A model generated the notes under the pieces. It ran no database searches. It was given only the letters and a program-made list of their open reading frames with translations, and was not told the origin of the DNA. Of a DNA stretch of 64,000 nt, positions 60,808-64,000 are shown one piece after another. Numbering within the stretch: position 1 is the stretch's first letter; each line of letters starts with the position of its first letter. Where the stretch lies: NCBI RefSeq assembly GCF_044704955.1, contig NC_091977.1, forward strand, positions 333,250,001 through 333,314,000, in the 5' to 3' direction. Made by a program: the position numbers and the translations under genes. This DNA is from Pristiophorus japonicus. Lineage: Eukaryota.

Positions 60808-63800
60808 CGTCATGTATCTCACACTACTGTACATAACTGTATCTTACCATGCTATACATGACTGTAACTAGAGATGACCAGTAACCACTAGCTTACCTTA
60901 CCACCAGGGTGCACTTGCAGGAGACACTGGATGCCGATCCCAGACAGGTACATAAGGACAGGTCTCAAGCAAGTGTGGCATTCGAGAGCTATGTAATAAA
61001 GGTGCAGGTCCTGAGTGACCTTGACTTCAGAATGTGCCTCGTATGAATCTGTACTGCAGGGACAGGACTTTACAGTGGCGACGAGTTACGGGATTACAGA
61101 ATCCACAGAATGGCGACCAACGGCTCAGATGAAAAATACAATGCTGGAGATAATTGGGAGGACTTTATAGAAAGGCTCCAGCAAAGCTTCATAACCAAAG
61201 GCTGATTAGACGATGATAAGGCAGACAAGAGAAGAGCCCATCTCTTGACCAGCTGTGGCTCGAAAACATATGCCTTAATGAAGGACCTGCTGGCACCCGA
61301 GAAACCAGCAAGCAAGTCGTTTGAAGTGTTGAGCACACTGGTAAGAGACCACCTTAGGCAGCGAGCAACCTACACATGGAAAGACACAGATTCTACAACT
61401 GCAGACGCAGTGTGGGCCAGAGCATACCTGACTTCGTGGCGGAACTTCGGAGGTTGGCTAGCTTATGTGAGTTCTCCGATGAATTAAGGAGAGAAGTACT
61501 GAGAGACTTTTTTATTGAGGGAATAGGCCACGCAGGCATATTCCGAAAGCTTGACCAAGAACTTGACCCGAGAGGCAGCAGCACTGGTTGCACAGACATT
61601 CTTGTCAGGAGAAGAAGAAACAAGGTTGATCTACACTGCGGGTACGACAACTAACGAAACATTGGAACAAGGGGTTCACAGCGTGAAACAAGCCGCTACC
61701 CCCACACACAGACAAAGGCAGGAGAGCAGGCCCTCAACAGCAGGCAGTGGTGCCAGAAGCCATCAAGGGCCACATGAATGGTCGTTCACACCTCATCAAC
61801 CCACAATGCAAGCAATCAACCACAAATTGAGAGAAGCTCAAGAGAGATCAGCCAGACGCAGCTCATCATTTGGAAACAATGGAAGCGGTCTGTGCTGGAG
61901 ATGTGGGGGAAGGCACTCATCAAGGGGGTGTCGATTTCAGCATGCTGTTTGCAGAAACTGCGTCTATACAGGGCATCTGACCCGCATGTGCAGAAAAATG
62001 GCAGCTCCATTGGTATACGAATCGGAAGGGTCGGAAAGCAGACCAGAAGACGGTGGGGACAGTACCCGGGACACCGAGGTACAGCGGGTCAACACGATCA
62101 ATGGCCACTGCTCTTACAACAAGACGCCTCCAATAATGATGACGGTCCTACTCAATGGGATACCTGTCAACATGGAGCTGGATACGGGAGCGAGTCAATC
62201 TCTCATGAGCACTCAACAATTTGAACAGCTGTGGCCACACAAAAGAGACAGACCAAAGCTCACAAGGGTCGACACCAAACTAAGGACCTATACCAAAGAA
62301 ATCGTCCCAGTCCTTGGCAGTGCTATGCTCTCAGTCACACACAAAGGGACAGTGAACCGACTTCCCCTGTGGATTGTCCCCGAAGATCTCCCAGCACTGC
62401 TGGGGAGAAGCTGGCTGGCTAAACTAAACTGGAAATGGGATGATGTTCACGCCATGTCGTCAGAGGAACGGACCTCCTGCTCAACAGTTCTAAGTCGATT
62501 TGAACATCTTTCAGCCAGGTGTGGGCACCTTCAAAGGGGCTAAAATCAAAATCTACATCACACAGGATGCTAGACCGGTCCATCACAAGGCTAGAGCCTA
62601 TGTGATGAGGGAAAAGATTGAACATGAACTGGACAGGCTTCTGCGGGAAGGCATTATCTCACCCATGGAATTTAGTGACTGGGAAAGTCCTATCGTCGCA
62701 GTCATGAAGCCTGATGGATCCGTACGAATCTGTGGGGACTACAAATCTACCATAAACAGAGTCTCCCTACAGGACCAATACCCGCTGCCCAGAGTGGAGG
62801 ACTTATTTGCCACATTGGCTGGAGGAAAACTTTTCTCGAAACCAGATCTCACATCTGCGTATATGACGCAAGAATTGACCGACGAGTCTAAGCTACTCAC
62901 CACCATCAACACACATTGAGGCCTTTTTATGTACAATCGATGCCCATTTGGCATCAGGTCGGCAGCTGCTATATTCCAGCGCAACATGGAGAGTCTGCTC
63001 AAGTCCATCCCGGGGACGGTTGTATTTCAAGACGACATACTTATCATCATGGGCAGGGACACCAACTCCCATCTCCACAATTTGGAGGAAGTACTAAAGC
63101 GGTTGGATCGGATAGGCCTAAGAGTTAAGAAATCCAAGTGTCTGTTTCTCGCGCCCGAGGTTGAATTTTTGGTCTGAAGGATTGCCGTTGATGGAATCCG
63201 CCCAACAGAGTCCAAAACCGAAGCAATTCGCCTGGCACCCAGGCCCCGGAATGTCTCAGAACTGCGCGCCTTTCTCGGGCTACTCAATTACTTTGGGAAC
63301 TTTAAGCAGAACTTAAGCACGCTGCTGGAGCCTCTCCACGTGCTACTCAGAAAGGGGTGCGATTGGTTTTGGGGGGACACTCAGGAACGCGCCTTCAATA
63401 AGGCACGCAACCTTCTGTGTTCCAACAGTGTTTTGGCTTTCTTTGATCCAGGTAAAAAGCTAGTTCTTACATGTGATGCGTCAGCGTACGGGGTCAGTTG
63501 CGTTTTACAACATGTCAATAGTGCGGGTAAATTACAGCCTATAGCTTATGCCTCCAGGTCACATTCGCGGGCGGAGCGCGGGTACGTAATGGTGGAGAAG
63601 GATGCGCTCGCGTGCGTGTACGGTGTCAAAAAGATGCATCAATAACTTTTCGGGGCCAAGTTCGCATTAGAAACTGACCACAAGCCCCTCACGTCCCTAC
63701 TATCCAAGAGCAAGACAATAAACGCCAATGCCTCGGCGCGCATTCAACGGTGGGCACTCATGCTGGCCTCTTACAATTACACCATAAGGCACAGACCAGG

Positions 63801-64000
63801 CACAGACAACTGTGCCGACGTGCTTAGCAGGCTACCCCTGGCGACCACGGAAGGGTCTGACGAACAGGACTGTGAGATAGTCATGGCAATCAATGCCTTT
63901 GAGTCCACAGGTTCGCCCATGACGGTGCGCCAAATCAGAGCCTGTACGGCCAGCGACCCCACATTATCCCTAGTAAAAAGATGTGTCTTAACCGGTGACT
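60808..64000 (+). mobile_element. Gypsy (Mag-type) element of a third family: 5' LTR 60808..61074, PBS, gag-pro-RT-RH; runs off window end
   Basis: LTR with AATAAA ending ..TTTACA; PBS TGGCGACGAG at 61076 (complementary to the tRNA-Ser(GCU) 3' end, from recall); CWRCGGRH/CRNC..GH knuckles, ELDTGASQS, CGDYK, VFQDDI. Confidence 0.92.

Overview
This is vertebrate genomic DNA, almost certainly from a shark or other cartilaginous fish (judged from the repeat families). It holds the V-segment array of a T-cell receptor gamma (TRG) locus. Five divergent, apparently intact V genes lie on the + strand (ATGs at 3991, 19975, 21325, 24081, 31706). Each has a phase-1 leader exon, a 77-94 nt GT-AG intron, a V exon ending in YYCA(Y/F)W and a recombination signal with a 23-bp spacer. 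I found no J or C segment. Most of the rest is nested transposon debris: CR1 LINEs (one near full length with an SGNH-esterase ORF1), five Mag-type Gypsy elements plus a solo LTR, RTE, Tx1-like, DeuSINE-like SINEs, a Harbinger remnant and MITE, and two hammerhead-bearing Penelope-type fragments. The most notable observations are: a shared TCATTTCC promoter motif 59-70 nt upstream of all five V ATGs; a phase-compatible set of antisense exons running away from V2; an RSS-like end in the Gypsy LTR; a 98-bp hammerhead-ribozyme insert with a 10-bp target-site duplication (TSD); and three microhomology-bounded templated insertions or inversions. Everything was read by eye with no database searches, and TE boundaries are approximate unless a TSD is given.
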